Source: an uncultured Clostridia bacterium (GTDB taxonomy: Bacteria > Bacillota > Clostridia > TANB77 > CAG-508). From it: a stretch of DNA of 64,000 bases. Under the pieces are notes generated by a model that had not been told where the DNA came from, searched no databases, and saw nothing but the letters and a program-made list of their open reading frames with translations. The position numbers and the translations under genes are program-made. Positions within the stretch are counted from its first letter, which is position 1, and each line of letters begins with the position of its first letter. The stretch spans positions 5,189-69,188 of the forward strand of contig CANQWQ010000006.1 in NCBI GenBank assembly GCA_947627595.1, written 5' to 3'. Of this stretch, positions 52,050 to 62,978 are shown piece after piece.

Positions 52050-55000
52050 TTGAGAAGAATTACTGATTTTATCGTTGATAAAAGGTATTTCATTTTAATT
52101 TTATTTGTAATTCTTACAATAGTTTCAGCGATATTTTCAAATAAAGTAAAGTTAAATTATGATATCGCTGAATATTTACCAGATACTTCTGAGACGAGAA
52201 AAGGAATGGACATCATGGAAGAAGAATTTGCTGGTACAGAAACGAGCACTTTAAACCTCATGTTTGAAAGTTTAGCTGATGATAAAAAATTAGACATAAA
52301 AGCTGATTTAGAGAAGATTAAAGGTGTAAAAAGTGTAGATTATGATGATTCAGAAGATTATAATAAAGACAAATACACTTTATATGTAATAACTGTTGAT
52401 GATGAATCTGATTCAAAACTTGCCAAAGACGTTTACAATAATGTAATCGAAAAATATGATGAAAATTATACTATTTATACTAGTGGAAATGTTTCAGATA
52501 CTAACAAAACTGTGTTGCCAATTGGAATTATAGTTCTGGCTGTAGGATGTGCATTGGTTATACTTATTATAATGTGCGAGTCTTATATTGAGCCGTTCCT
52601 GTTCTTAACTGCGATTCTTATGGCAGTTGTTTTAAATAAAGGAACAAATATAATTTTTGGAACAATTTCAAATATTACGAGCTCAATTGCTGCAATTTTA
52701 CAATTAGCATTATCAATGGACTATTCAATAATGCTGATGAACAGGTACACACAAGAAAAAGAAAATGAAAAAGATAAAGTTAAAGCTATGAAAAATGCTT
52801 TATACCATGCTTTCCAAGCAATCTCAAGTAGCTCTGTTACAACAATAGTTGGTCTTTTAGCTTTAGTGTTTATGAGCTTTACAATAGGAAAAGATTTAGG
52901 TTTTGTTTTAGCAAAAGGTGTTTTATTTAGTTTGATTTGCATTTTCTTTGTTTTACCAGCACTTATTTTGATGTTTGATAAATTAATTACAAAAACTAAG
53001 AAAAAAACGCCAAACATTAAGCTTGATTGGTTAGGAAAATTAAGCTATAAAATGAGATTTATAGCGGTTCCACTATTTCTTGTGGTTTTGGTAGGAAGTT
53101 TTATTTTAAAAGGAAATCTAGGTTTTGATTATACTCAAACACAAGCAGATGAAGTTTCAGATGTTTTTGAAGAAACTAATCAAATGGTTGTGCTTTATAA
53201 AAATGATGATGAAGAAAAAATAAGAAGCTATTTGAATAAAATAGAAGAAGAGAAAAAGGTTGATGAAGTTTTAGCTTATGGAAATACAATAGGTGAAAAA
53301 CTTCCTTATGATAAGTTGAACGAAAGATTTAATGACTTAGATTCAGATGTAACTATAGAAGATTATTTATTAAAAATTATATACTATGATTATTTTAATC
53401 CAGAAATAACTTCAACTTATGATTTTAATGAATTTGTTCAATTTGTTGAAAATGATGTATATAATACTCCAAAAATGAATGAACAAATTGATGAAGAAAC
53501 TAGAAATAATATAACAAGACTTAAAAATTTTATTACAGATGAAGAAATAAACAAATTAAGACAACCTAGCGAAATTGCTACAATTCTTGAAGTTGATCAA
53601 GATAAATTAAATGATATATTAGTTTTATATTTATCTCAAAATAGTAATACACAAATTTCTATAAATGATTTTATAGATTTCATGAATAACAGTGTTTTAA
53701 AAGATCAAAAATATTCATCAAAAATTGATAAAAGTGCAATTTCAAATTTGAACACATTATCAAAATTTGCAAATAAAGAGTTAGCTCAAACTAAAATGAC
53801 GAGTAATCAAATAGCTGAATTATTTGGAATGGATGCAAATATAGTAGGAGAATTGTTTAAATATTATGTAAATATAAATGAGATTGATACAAAACTTACT
53901 ATTCAAGAATTTTCTAATTTTGTAATAAATAATGTTTTACAAAATCCTAGTTATGCAAATAGTTTTGACGAAACTGCTATTCAGAATATAAAAATGATGA
54001 ATGTTTTTAGTAATTCAAGTATTATTACAACTAAAATGAATTCTAAAAACTTGTCAGAACTTTTTGGAATTAGTGAAACACAGATTTCTCAAATAATGAT
54101 GATTTCAGGTGTTAATGAACTTACCCCTCAAGAATTTGTAAATACAATTCTAAATAATGATATGATAAAGGCAACTTTAGATGAAAATACTTTAGCTAAA
54201 TTGAATTTGCTTTCAAATATAATGTTAAGTAGCTTAAATGACGTAAAATATTCATATCAAGAGCTTTCACAATTTACAGGAATTGATACTACAAGTTTGA
54301 AAAATATTTATACTTTATATGTTGTAAGTTTAAATAATACTCAAATAACACCTTTAGAATTTATAAGTTTTATATTAGAACATAAAAATGATGAAGCTCT
54401 AAATGGAAAAATTTCACAAGAGACATTAACTAAATTGAATTTGGTTCAAACAGTTATGAATGGTGCAATTGCTAATAAGCAATATACATATAGCGAACTT
54501 TCAAATTTGCTTGGAATAAATCAAGAAGATTTAAAACTTCTTTATGGTTTATATACTTTTAAATATTTGAATCCAAATCCACAAATGTCTATGAGAGATT
54601 TTGTTACATTTTTATTAAATGATGTTATAACTAATCCAAATTATTCTAATGGTTTTGAGCAAGATAAAATTACAAAGCTAAATACAGTTAATACAATTAT
54701 GAATAATGCTTTAAACGGTGTAAAATATACATCTAGCGAAATGTTTGACATTGCTAGCAAATTAACGAATAATATTGAAAAGAAAACATTAGACATACTT
54801 TATATTTACAAAGGAAGTATTAGTAGTTATAATGAAAATTGGACATTAACAGTTGAAGAATTTGTTAATTTCTTAAATGATAATGTTTTACAAGATGAGC
54901 GTTTTACAGATTTTATTGAAGATGATATGAGAAATGATGTAGTTAATGCGAAAGAAGATATTAAAGATGCAAAAGAGCTTCTTATAGGTAATAATTATTC

Positions 55001-55658
55001 TAGAATACTTATTAATACAAAATTTGCTTCAGAAAATGATGAGACATTTAAATTTATTCAAAATGTTAAAGATTTATTGAAAGATTTAGATAATTCTTAT
55101 ATTTTAGGCGATTCACCAATGGCTTATGAAATGAGCAAAACTTTCAATAATGAGTTAAACTTTATAACTGTTATAACAATGGCATTTATATTTATAGTAG
55201 TTGCGATTACATTTAAATCAGTGCTTTTACCAATCATACTAGTTCTTACAATACAATGTGCAGTTTTCTTGATAATGGGAATTCTATCATTTGTTGGAGA
55301 AAATGTATATTTCATAGCAATTTTAATTGTTCAAAGTATCTTAATGGGTGCAACAATTGATTATGCGATTTTATATACTTCATATTATTTGGAACACAGA
55401 AAAACACTTGGCGTTAAAGAGAGTGTAATTGCTTCATATAACAGTTCAATACACACAATATTAACCTCAAGTTCAATATTAATTATTGTTACATTGATTA
55501 TAGCAAATTTTGCTTCAGCGATTGCAGCTAAAATTTGTAAGACAGTGTCACAAGGAACTTTATGTTCAACATTACTAATTTTATTTTTATTACCATCAGT
55601 GCTTGCAATGTGTGATAAAATTATAGTTAGACATAAAAAAGAAAAAACGGGAGAATAA
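52050..55658 (+). CDS. MMPL/RND family transporter with large extracellular repeat insert
   Basis: Two TM bundles with SMDYS and GATIDYA motifs. Confidence 0.88.
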   Translation: MRRITDFIVDKRYFILILFVILTIVSAIFSNKVKLNYDIAEYLPDTSETRKGMDIMEEEFAGTETSTLNLMFESLADDKKLDIKADLEKIKGVKSVDYDDSEDYNKDKYTLYVITVDDESDSKLAKDVYNNVIEKYDENYTIYTSGNVSDTNKTVLPIGIIVLAVGCALVILIIMCESYIEPFLFLTAILMAVVLNKGTNIIFGTISNITSSIAAILQLALSMDYSIMLMNRYTQEKENEKDKVKAMKNALYHAFQAISSSSVTTIVGLLALVFMSFTIGKDLGFVLAKGVLFSLICIFFVLPALILMFDKLITKTKKKTPNIKLDWLGKLSYKMRFIAVPLFLVVLVGSFILKGNLGFDYTQTQADEVSDVFEETNQMVVLYKNDDEEKIRSYLNKIEEEKKVDEVLAYGNTIGEKLPYDKLNERFNDLDSDVTIEDYLLKIIYYDYFNPEITSTYDFNEFVQFVENDVYNTPKMNEQIDEETRNNITRLKNFITDEEINKLRQPSEIATILEVDQDKLNDILVLYLSQNSNTQISINDFIDFMNNSVLKDQKYSSKIDKSAISNLNTLSKFANKELAQTKMTSNQIAELFGMDANIVGELFKYYVNINEIDTKLTIQEFSNFVINNVLQNPSYANSFDETAIQNIKMMNVFSNSSIITTKMNSKNLSELFGISETQISQIMMISGVNELTPQEFVNTILNNDMIKATLDENTLAKLNLLSNIMLSSLNDVKYSYQELSQFTGIDTTSLKNIYTLYVVSLNNTQITPLEFISFILEHKNDEALNGKISQETLTKLNLVQTVMNGAIANKQYTYSELSNLLGINQEDLKLLYGLYTFKYLNPNPQMSMRDFVTFLLNDVITNPNYSNGFEQDKITKLNTVNTIMNNALNGVKYTSSEMFDIASKLTNNIEKKTLDILYIYKGSISSYNENWTLTVEEFVNFLNDNVLQDERFTDFIEDDMRNDVVNAKEDIKDAKELLIGNNYSRILINTKFASENDETFKFIQNVKDLLKDLDNSYILGDSPMAYEMSKTFNNELNFITVITMAFIFIVVAITFKSVLLPIILVLTIQCAVFLIMGILSFVGENVYFIAILIVQSILMGATIDYAILYTSYYLEHRKTLGVKESVIASYNSSIHTILTSSSILIIVTLIIANFASAIAAKICKTVSQGTLCSTLLILFLLPSVLAMCDKIIVRHKKEKTGE

Positions 55659-55659
55659 G

Positions 55660-56349
55660 ATGGAAGAAATTATAAAATATATTTTACTATTTTTCATTTA
55701 TTCATTTTTAGGTTGGCTTATGGAAGTAATCGAAGGCTTAATTTTAAACAAAAAAATTGTTAACAGGGGATTCTTAGTAGGCCCCTGTTGCTCTATTTAT
55801 GGATATGGAGTTTTATTAATTACTCTATGTTTATCACATTTAAAACCATACCCAATTTCATTATTTATTTCATGTGTTGCTGTTTGTGGAATTTTGGAAT
55901 ATTTAACAAGTTATTTTATGGAAAAGATTTTTAAAGCAAGATGGTGAGATTACAGTAATCAAAAATTTAACATAAATGGTAGAGTTTGCTTAAAAGCGTT
56001 ATCAGCTTTCGGCTTATTAGGAATTTTGATAATTTACTTTTTAAATCCATTCTTTTTAGGTATAATGGAAAAAATGAATCAAGGTGTATTAATTGGAATC
56101 ACAGTAATTTTAATGATTATATACTTTATTGATAATTTGGTTTCATTTAATGTTGTAAAACATATAGGTATTACAGCATCATCAATAAAAGACAACACAG
56201 AAGAGATTACAGAAAAGGTAAAAGAGATCTTATTAAAGCAATCTATGTTAACTAGAAGACTTATAAAAGCTTTCCCTAACATTAAAATTATAGATGTTAG
56301 AAAAAAGATTAAAGAAGAAGTTGAGAAGATTAAGAGGAGAATAAAATGA
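55660..56349 (+). pseudogene. putative ABC-permease-like membrane protein with in-frame TGA at 55945-55947
   Basis: YSFLGW..NRGFL.GP..ARW*DYS..FNINGRVCL; frame stays open after the TGA. Confidence 0.7.
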
Positions 56350-57086
56350 AAATCGAATATGAGAAAAATCATAGTGTTACTTACACGGAAGTTGATGAAG
56401 AAGGAAAATTAGATATTGCATCAAGTTTCAATTTGGCTCAAAACGTTATGACAGAATATTTTGAGAGTTTTAAAAGTGATAATATTAGACTAAAGGCTAA
56501 AGATAATGCAATTTGGGTTGTTACAAAGGCTAAAATGCATTTTTATAAATATCCAATGTGGAGAGAAAAAAACTTTGGAAAAGGTCGTACAACTAAAGTA
56601 AAGCCAATTAGAACAGAAATGGAAACGACTTTTAGAAATAAAGATGATGAGCTTTTGTTTAGCATAAGACAAGAGACTTGTGTAATAGATTTGGACACTA
56701 GAAAGATTAGAAAAATCGAAACTGTAGATTACCCAGAAGATATGGAGGCAGAAGAGGCAATTTTTAATGATCCATACCAAGTTCTAAAAGATGAGTTTTC
56801 TGAGGATGATTATGTCTATACTCAAAAAGTATATTCTTCTGATATAGATTATAGTAGGCACACAAATAATGTTTCATATGTTAGATATTTAATAAATACT
56901 TTACCTTGTAAATTCTTTGAAAACAATAGGGTTACAGACGTTGAAATTCATTATATAGCTGAAACAAAAGAAGGACAAATTTTAAAAGTTTATAAAAAAG
57001 AAAATGAAAATAATATAGAATTTCTTATAAAGGAAAATGAACGTGAAGTTATAAGAGCTAAAATTGACTATATTAACATAATGTGA
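56346..57086 (+). CDS. acyl-ACP thioesterase family protein
   Basis: Double hotdog; SDID..RHTNN..Y. Confidence 0.88.
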   Translation: MKIEYEKNHSVTYTEVDEEGKLDIASSFNLAQNVMTEYFESFKSDNIRLKAKDNAIWVVTKAKMHFYKYPMWREKNFGKGRTTKVKPIRTEMETTFRNKDDELLFSIRQETCVIDLDTRKIRKIETVDYPEDMEAEEAIFNDPYQVLKDEFSEDDYVYTQKVYSSDIDYSRHTNNVSYVRYLINTLPCKFFENNRVTDVEIHYIAETKEGQILKVYKKENENNIEFLIKENEREVIRAKIDYINIM

Positions 57087-57157
57087 TAAAATAAATTTTG
57101 TAACTGTGGTTATAAAACGAGGGAAGTGTCCCTCAAGCTCAGAAAGGGGAGTTATTT

Positions 57158-58414
57158 ATGAAGAGACGGTGTTCTGTAACTATTGTCATGACAATGTTGA
57201 TTGCAATCATCATGTCTTTTCAGCAGCCTGTTATGGCGCAGGCAGATAACGATATTGCTAGGATTGACCTTACTTTTTCCGAAGATGCAAAGGGTCAGAT
57301 CCAGGCAAATCCCGGAGGAACTGGTTACGCGGTTGTAGATGTTTCTTATGAAAAACCGGCTCAAACAGGAAACGTTCAGGTTAAGGCCACTGTTGTGCCC
57401 ATGGTGGGTTACACAATGAACAATTTGACGTTCGAAAATGTCTATGTAAATGGCGCTGAGAAAAAGGCGTTGTTTAAAGACTCAATCGGACGTTGGGTCG
57501 TGGACGTAAGTTTTAATGTTAAGAGTACCTTTAACGTGAGCTGGAGCGAGAAACACCCAGGTAAGGTGACCTGGGACAAAGTGGACGGAGCTACCAATTA
57601 TTTAGTTGAGGTTTTCTGCTATGGACGTTTCGGAGAAGAGAGAAAACTTCACACTGTGGCTACATCTCGGACAATTGACCTGTGTGACTTCATTTATGAA
57701 GATTATATGGGTGTAAACATGTATGTTCGAGTGACTGCCCGAGATCGTTACAGAAACGAGATACAAACTGGAGAAACCTGTGCTTTTGAAGATATGGAAT
57801 TTGAAATATCGAACAGCTTTTGGAAATCGTTCGATAGATATTATGACAAATTCTTCGAGGTTACCGGTTGGAACTGGTGGGATGGACTCGCAGACAACTG
57901 GGTTTATTTCTTGTATTACTATGAAAGAAACCATGCTGACGAGACCTATGATTATCCCACATCTAGTACAACTCCCGGAACAACTGGCGATTTGGGCTGG
58001 AAACAAGTTGGAAGTGTCTGGTACTATTATGACACGCCCGGTCACATGAAAACCAATGGCTGGCTCTATGATGCTGGCTACTGGTACTATCTACAGCCTG
58101 ATGGTAAGATGCGTACAGGTTGGTTGTCTTTAGGAGACGCGAAGTATTTCCTTAAAGTCTCTGGCCAACATCCGGAAGGCTCGATGATTAACGGCTGGGA
58201 GAAGATTAACGGGTTATGGTATTACTTCTACCCGGCAAATAGCCCATACAATGGCCAGATGGCCAAGAACTATTGGGCGCCTTCTGGTAACGACTGGTAT
58301 TACATCGGCTCAGACGGAGTGATGATAACCGGTTGGACAGTTTACAATGGTAGGTCCATCTATATCGATTCCAACAGTGGGACATATCAGTGGACAACTT
58401 CGCGGCCGTATTAA
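57158..58414 (+). CDS. secreted protein with C-terminal cell-wall/choline-binding repeats, GC-richer
   Basis: Signal peptide; repeated GW..WYY...G.M units; own promoter and terminator. Confidence 0.82.
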   Translation: MKRRCSVTIVMTMLIAIIMSFQQPVMAQADNDIARIDLTFSEDAKGQIQANPGGTGYAVVDVSYEKPAQTGNVQVKATVVPMVGYTMNNLTFENVYVNGAEKKALFKDSIGRWVVDVSFNVKSTFNVSWSEKHPGKVTWDKVDGATNYLVEVFCYGRFGEERKLHTVATSRTIDLCDFIYEDYMGVNMYVRVTARDRYRNEIQTGETCAFEDMEFEISNSFWKSFDRYYDKFFEVTGWNWWDGLADNWVYFLYYYERNHADETYDYPTSSTTPGTTGDLGWKQVGSVWYYYDTPGHMKTNGWLYDAGYWYYLQPDGKMRTGWLSLGDAKYFLKVSGQHPEGSMINGWEKINGLWYYFYPANSPYNGQMAKNYWAPSGNDWYYIGSDGVMITGWTVYNGRSIYIDSNSGTYQWTTSRPY

Positions 58415-58521
58415 TTCGCCTTTCTCGGGCCCGATCTCTCAGGAGGTCGGGCCTAATTTTTTATTTTACTTGACAACTGTTATAAAGTGTTATATACTGT
58501 TATACATAAAGAGGTGAAGAA

Positions 58522-58896
58522 ATGGATTTAATAATTAGTAATAATAGTGAAATTCCAATATACGAACAAATTAAAACAAAAATTAAAAACGCGATAAATC
58601 TAAATGAACTTAAAGAAACTGATGTACTGCCATCTGTTAGAAATCTTGCTAAAGATTTGAGAATTAGTGTTTTAACTGTAAAAAAGGCTTATGATGAATT
58701 AGAAGATGAGGGTTACATTAAAACAGTTCAGGGAAAAGGAAGTTATGTTATTCCTAGAAATAAAGAATTAGCAAGAGAAGAACAAATTAAAATAATCGAA
58801 AACCACATTAATGAAATTATAAAAATTGCTAAAGTAAATGATATTACTCAAAAAGAAGTTATAGATTTATTTAAGTTTTTGTATGAGGAGGGTTAA
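58522..58896 (+). CDS. GntR (YtrA-like) regulator
   Basis: PIYEQI..LPSVR.LA..ISVLTVKKAY..GKGS. Confidence 0.92.
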   Translation: MDLIISNNSEIPIYEQIKTKIKNAINLNELKETDVLPSVRNLAKDLRISVLTVKKAYDELEDEGYIKTVQGKGSYVIPRNKELAREEQIKIIENHINEIIKIAKVNDITQKEVIDLFKFLYEEG

Positions 58897-59755
58897 TATG
58901 GAAAATATTTTAGAAATCAAAAACTTATCAAAGAAATATAAAGAGTTTGAACTTAAAAATGTAAATTTTAGTTTGCCAAAAGGAACGATAATGGGGTTTG
59001 TTGGAGAAAATGGGGCTGGAAAAACTACAACAATTAAAGCAATTTTGAATTTAATAAATAGAGACTCTGGAGAAATAAAAATTTTTGGTTCAAAACTAGA
59101 AGATAACGAAAAAGAGATAAAAGAAAATATTGGAATCTTGCTTGATGACAGCTTTTTGTCAGAATATTTAACAACAATTGATTTACATAAAATTATGAAA
59201 AATATTTATAAAAATTGGGATGAAAAACTTTATTTTAAATATCTTGATGACTTTAAATTACCAAAAAATAAAATTGTAAAAGATTTTTCAAATGGTATGA
59301 GAATGAAAGTAAGAATTGCAATTGCTTTATCACATCATCCAAAACTTTTGATTTTAGACGAACCAACTTCTGGATTAGATCCAGTCGCTAGAAACGAAAT
59401 TTTAGATATATTCCAAGATTTTATTCAAGATGAAGAAAACGGAATATTAGTTTCAAGCCACATAACATCTGACTTAGAGCGTGTTGCAGATTTCATAACA
59501 TTTATAAATGAAGGTGAGATCGTCTTTTCAAAAACTAAAGATGAAATTTTAGATAATTTCGGAATTGCAAAATGTACAGAAGAAGAGTTTAAAAAGATTG
59601 ATAAAAATGATTTTGTTAAGTTTAGAAAAGCTAAATATGAATATGATGTCTTAATTGAAAATAAGACTGAATTTAAGAAAAAATATGATGTTCAAGTTAT
59701 AGATAGAGCAAATATTGATGATATCATTTATATTTATATAAAGGGGGAAAAATAG
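58883..59755 (+). CDS. ABC transporter ATP-binding protein
   Basis: GENGAGKTT, FSNGM, ILDEPT, SSH. Confidence 0.93.
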   Translation: MRRVNMENILEIKNLSKKYKEFELKNVNFSLPKGTIMGFVGENGAGKTTTIKAILNLINRDSGEIKIFGSKLEDNEKEIKENIGILLDDSFLSEYLTTIDLHKIMKNIYKNWDEKLYFKYLDDFKLPKNKIVKDFSNGMRMKVRIAIALSHHPKLLILDEPTSGLDPVARNEILDIFQDFIQDEENGILVSSHITSDLERVADFITFINEGEIVFSKTKDEILDNFGIAKCTEEEFKKIDKNDFVKFRKAKYEYDVLIENKTEFKKKYDVQVIDRANIDDIIYIYIKGEK

Positions 59756-60421
59756 ATGAAAGGTTTGATACTAAAAGACTTGTTACAGTTAAAAACTTAT
59801 AAAAAAACAGTAATTATTTTTGTATTGCTTGCTTTGTTTCTAGTGTTTTGTGAAAATAGCCAAAATCCGCCTATTTTTATAACTGTTTTGCTTACTTTTT
59901 GGTTTGGAATGTTTGGGATTATACCATTTAGTTATGATGAACAAGCAAATGCAGAAAGATATATTCAGAGCTTGCCAGTAACAAAAAAAGAAATTGTTTT
60001 AGCAAGATATATTCATGTATTTGGAATAATAATCGTAGGAGCTCTAGCTGGAACTATTTTAAGTATAGTTTCATGCTTTGCTACTACAAAAGAATTTTTA
60101 GATATTAGAGAAGTATTAATTATATTTTCAACATCTCTTTTTGGTGTAAGCTTTTTAGAAGCTATTGAAGTTCCTTGCTTTTATAAATTTGGAATGGAGA
60201 AAGGTAGACTTACTTTTATAATATTAATTTTGATGGCTGTATTTGGAGTCGTTACAGCTGCAACAGCCATTGAAAGCTTAAATATAACATACGAGCAAAT
60301 TGAAGGTATGATGCTTAAATTAGTAAACATATTACCGATAATTTTGATGTTACTAACATTTGTGGTTTCATGGATTTCTTACAAAATATCTTGTAGAGTT
60401 TATAGTAAAAAAGAGGTATAA
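59756..60421 (+). CDS. ABC-2 type permease
   Basis: MKGLILKD..SLPVTKKEIV..RY; multiple TMs. Confidence 0.85.
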   Translation: MKGLILKDLLQLKTYKKTVIIFVLLALFLVFCENSQNPPIFITVLLTFWFGMFGIIPFSYDEQANAERYIQSLPVTKKEIVLARYIHVFGIIIVGALAGTILSIVSCFATTKEFLDIREVLIIFSTSLFGVSFLEAIEVPCFYKFGMEKGRLTFIILILMAVFGVVTAATAIESLNITYEQIEGMMLKLVNILPIILMLLTFVVSWISYKISCRVYSKKEV

Positions 60422-60424
60422 AAT

Positions 60425-61222
60425 ATGAAAGAAAAATTGCAAAAATACTTTATATATTTTGTTTTATATTCAATGATTGGCTGGATTTATGAAGTGTTTT
60501 TAGAAGTAGTTGTTTATAAATGGGGATTTAACAATAGAGGAGTTTTGTTTGGACCATATTGCCCAGTTTATGGATTTGGAGCTCTTGCATTTATATTTAC
60601 AGTTTATCCACTTGTTAAGGATAAAAAGTGGACAAAGAAAATTTTAATGATTCCAATCGTGTTTTTGTTATGTATGGGAATTGCAACTTTGATTGAGCTG
60701 GTTACTTCATATATTTGTGAATTTGCTATGGGAAGTTGGCCATGGCAAACGTATAGAGATTATAAATATAATTTTCAAGGAAGAATAGCTTTATCGCCAT
60801 CACTTAGATTTGGACTTGGTGGAGTAATATTCTTATATTTACTACAACCATTATTTGAAAAGATTTGTAATAAACTCTCATCAAAAAAATTAATTGTGAT
60901 TACTTCTATTTTAGGTATAGCTTTAGTTTGCGATATGATTTATACTTTTTTTATTAGTAATAATTTTGAAAAAGCATTAATAGGAAGTAATAAAATTGTT
61001 AAAATGAGAGCTGTTATTGTAAATGTATATGATGATGAAGTTCTTGTTACTGAAATAGGAACAGATAGAAAGTTTTTGGTTAGAACTGCAAAAGAAAATG
61101 ATTTGAAATTTCAAAATGGACAAGAAATATTGATTTATTATGATGGAATAGTAGAAACGACTGATCCAGAGCAAATTTCATCTCCAGAAAAAATTGAAAT
61201 TATAAAAGCAAGTGACTATTGA
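60425..61222 (+). CDS. putative ABC-permease-like membrane protein with C-terminal beta-barrel domain
   Basis: YSMIGW.YE..NRG.L.GPYCPVYG..YNFQGRI; paralog of 55660. Confidence 0.75.
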   Translation: MKEKLQKYFIYFVLYSMIGWIYEVFLEVVVYKWGFNNRGVLFGPYCPVYGFGALAFIFTVYPLVKDKKWTKKILMIPIVFLLCMGIATLIELVTSYICEFAMGSWPWQTYRDYKYNFQGRIALSPSLRFGLGGVIFLYLLQPLFEKICNKLSSKKLIVITSILGIALVCDMIYTFFISNNFEKALIGSNKIVKMRAVIVNVYDDEVLVTEIGTDRKFLVRTAKENDLKFQNGQEILIYYDGIVETTDPEQISSPEKIEIIKASDY

Positions 61223-61301
61223 AAGCCACTTGTTTTATTTTATTATTTAGTTATTGTTGAAACTTTTTTATAAAAAAGAGGCACTATTATAGTAAAAGGA
61301 G

Positions 61302-61853
61302 TTGCTAATGAAAAATAAAATATTTTTAGAAAATTTTGAAGATATATATAATGAAACATATAAAAGGACTTTGAGTTATATAGTGTGTAGATGTGCAAAT
61401 ATTGACGACGTAAATGACTTGCTACAAGAGACTTATGTCGAATTATATAAATCATTAATGAGAAGAAAATATATAGAAGTTGATAATTTCCAAAGTTATA
61501 TTATAGGAATTGCAGAAAAGAGAATTAAAAAATATTATGGCTTATTATATAAATTAAAATTAACTTCAACTTGGAATAGTGAAGAAGATTATCAATTAGA
61601 AATACCAGCAGATATAGATTTAGAAGCTGAAATAATCGATAAGATGAATGCTGAAAAAGTTTGGAAATACATAAAAGAAAAGAAGAATTTAGAAGCAATA
61701 AAAATTTTCTATTTATATTATTATTCAGAATATAAAATATCACAAATCGCAGAAATGCTAGAAATGAGCGAATCTAATGTTAAAAATATCTTATATAGAA
61801 CTATAAAAGATATAAAGAAAAATATTGAGATAGAAGGTGATAAGGATGTTTAA
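61302..61853 (+). CDS. ECF sigma factor
   Basis: DVNDLLQETY region 2; ISQIAEMLEMSESNVKNILYR region 4. Confidence 0.9.
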   Translation: MLMKNKIFLENFEDIYNETYKRTLSYIVCRCANIDDVNDLLQETYVELYKSLMRRKYIEVDNFQSYIIGIAEKRIKKYYGLLYKLKLTSTWNSEEDYQLEIPADIDLEAEIIDKMNAEKVWKYIKEKKNLEAIKIFYLYYYSEYKISQIAEMLEMSESNVKNILYRTIKDIKKNIEIEGDKDV

Positions 61854-62862
61854 TGATTTAAAAAGAGAAATTGAAAAAGATTTTGACCTAGAACAAAATT
61901 ATTCTGACATCATTGATAAAGCTACAAAGAAAAACAAAGTTAAAAGTTTGCAATTCATAAGTTTAGCTAGTGTAGCTTGTTTAGTAGCTATAGTTATTGT
62001 TGGAACTAATCTAGCTACAGAAAAAAAAGAAATTCCTAAAACTATTGAGGCTACAGAAACTCAAGAAATATTAGATTTTGAAAATATGCAATATGTTAAA
62101 CAGGAAGCAAACATAGACGAGTCAAATATTGAAGAATTTTTAGGGGAATATAAATTTTCAGGTGATGGCAAAGTTACTAAAGTTTATGCAATAAAAGGAT
62201 TTTCTAAAGATTACTTTGTAGCTACAAAAGCAGATGGTGATGAAAATTATGATGTTTATCAAAAGAAATCATATGATGCTGATGATTTAGAAATGTTTGC
62301 AGAAGACTTTAAATTAAGAGAATCAGCTGTTTTTGGAAAAGTTGTTACATGTGTTGGAACTGATATGAATAAATATTATGATGTCGATAATAATGTAATT
62401 TTGGAAATATTACTCGGAAACTATGAAACTTCTGAACCAAAAACAAATTTAGATGGAATTGAAAATGCTACAATTTCAATAGATGTTAGCATTCCAGAAT
62501 TGGGATATGAAGACAAAGTAATTGGAATAGGAAAAGATGGTTATCTTTCAACAAATCTTTATAAAAAAGGAGAAATTTATGTTGGAGAAGATAGATTTAT
62601 AGCTCTTTTAGATTATCTTACTTATGAATTTGACGGAGAGAAAGATTCAATAGGCAAAGGTGATGACGGAATAGTTGAAATGACAATTACAAGTGGTTCA
62701 GGTGTTGTTTCAGATTTTATAACAGGTGAAGAGATTGAGAAATTACGTGAAAAACATGGATATACAAATACAACTTCAGGATATACACCTCCAAGTATTG
62801 CAAATGAAGTGGAACCTTCTCATTGGGATCCAGAGTCAAAACAATTAGTATACCCAGATTAA
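61837..62862 (+). CDS. probable anti-sigma factor (single TM plus extracellular domain)
   Basis: Overlaps sigma stop; TM ASVACLVAIVIV. Confidence 0.65.
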   Translation: MIRMFNDLKREIEKDFDLEQNYSDIIDKATKKNKVKSLQFISLASVACLVAIVIVGTNLATEKKEIPKTIEATETQEILDFENMQYVKQEANIDESNIEEFLGEYKFSGDGKVTKVYAIKGFSKDYFVATKADGDENYDVYQKKSYDADDLEMFAEDFKLRESAVFGKVVTCVGTDMNKYYDVDNNVILEILLGNYETSEPKTNLDGIENATISIDVSIPELGYEDKVIGIGKDGYLSTNLYKKGEIYVGEDRFIALLDYLTYEFDGEKDSIGKGDDGIVEMTITSGSGVVSDFITGEEIEKLREKHGYTNTTSGYTPPSIANEVEPSHWDPESKQLVYPD

Positions 62863-62978
62863 TTTAAAACTCTAAATAAAAGCAAGTGTTGAAAGTCGCT
62901 TGCTTTTATTATATTATTTAGTTATTATTGAAACTTTTTTAAACTAGAAGTGTTTATATATATGAAAGCAGGTGAGAT

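Larger units (their letters stand above)
61204..62940 (+). repeat. ~65-bp direct repeat (61204-61270 and 62878-62940) before two ECF sigma genes
   Basis: AAAAGCAAGTG..TTGAAAG.C.CTTG.TTT..TATTATTTAGTTATT.TTGAAACTTTTTT in both. Confidence 0.75.

Noticed and set aside
55945..55947. Genome-wide UGA=Trp code
   Set aside because: Only one case; TGG is used for Trp throughout and TGA terminates other genes.
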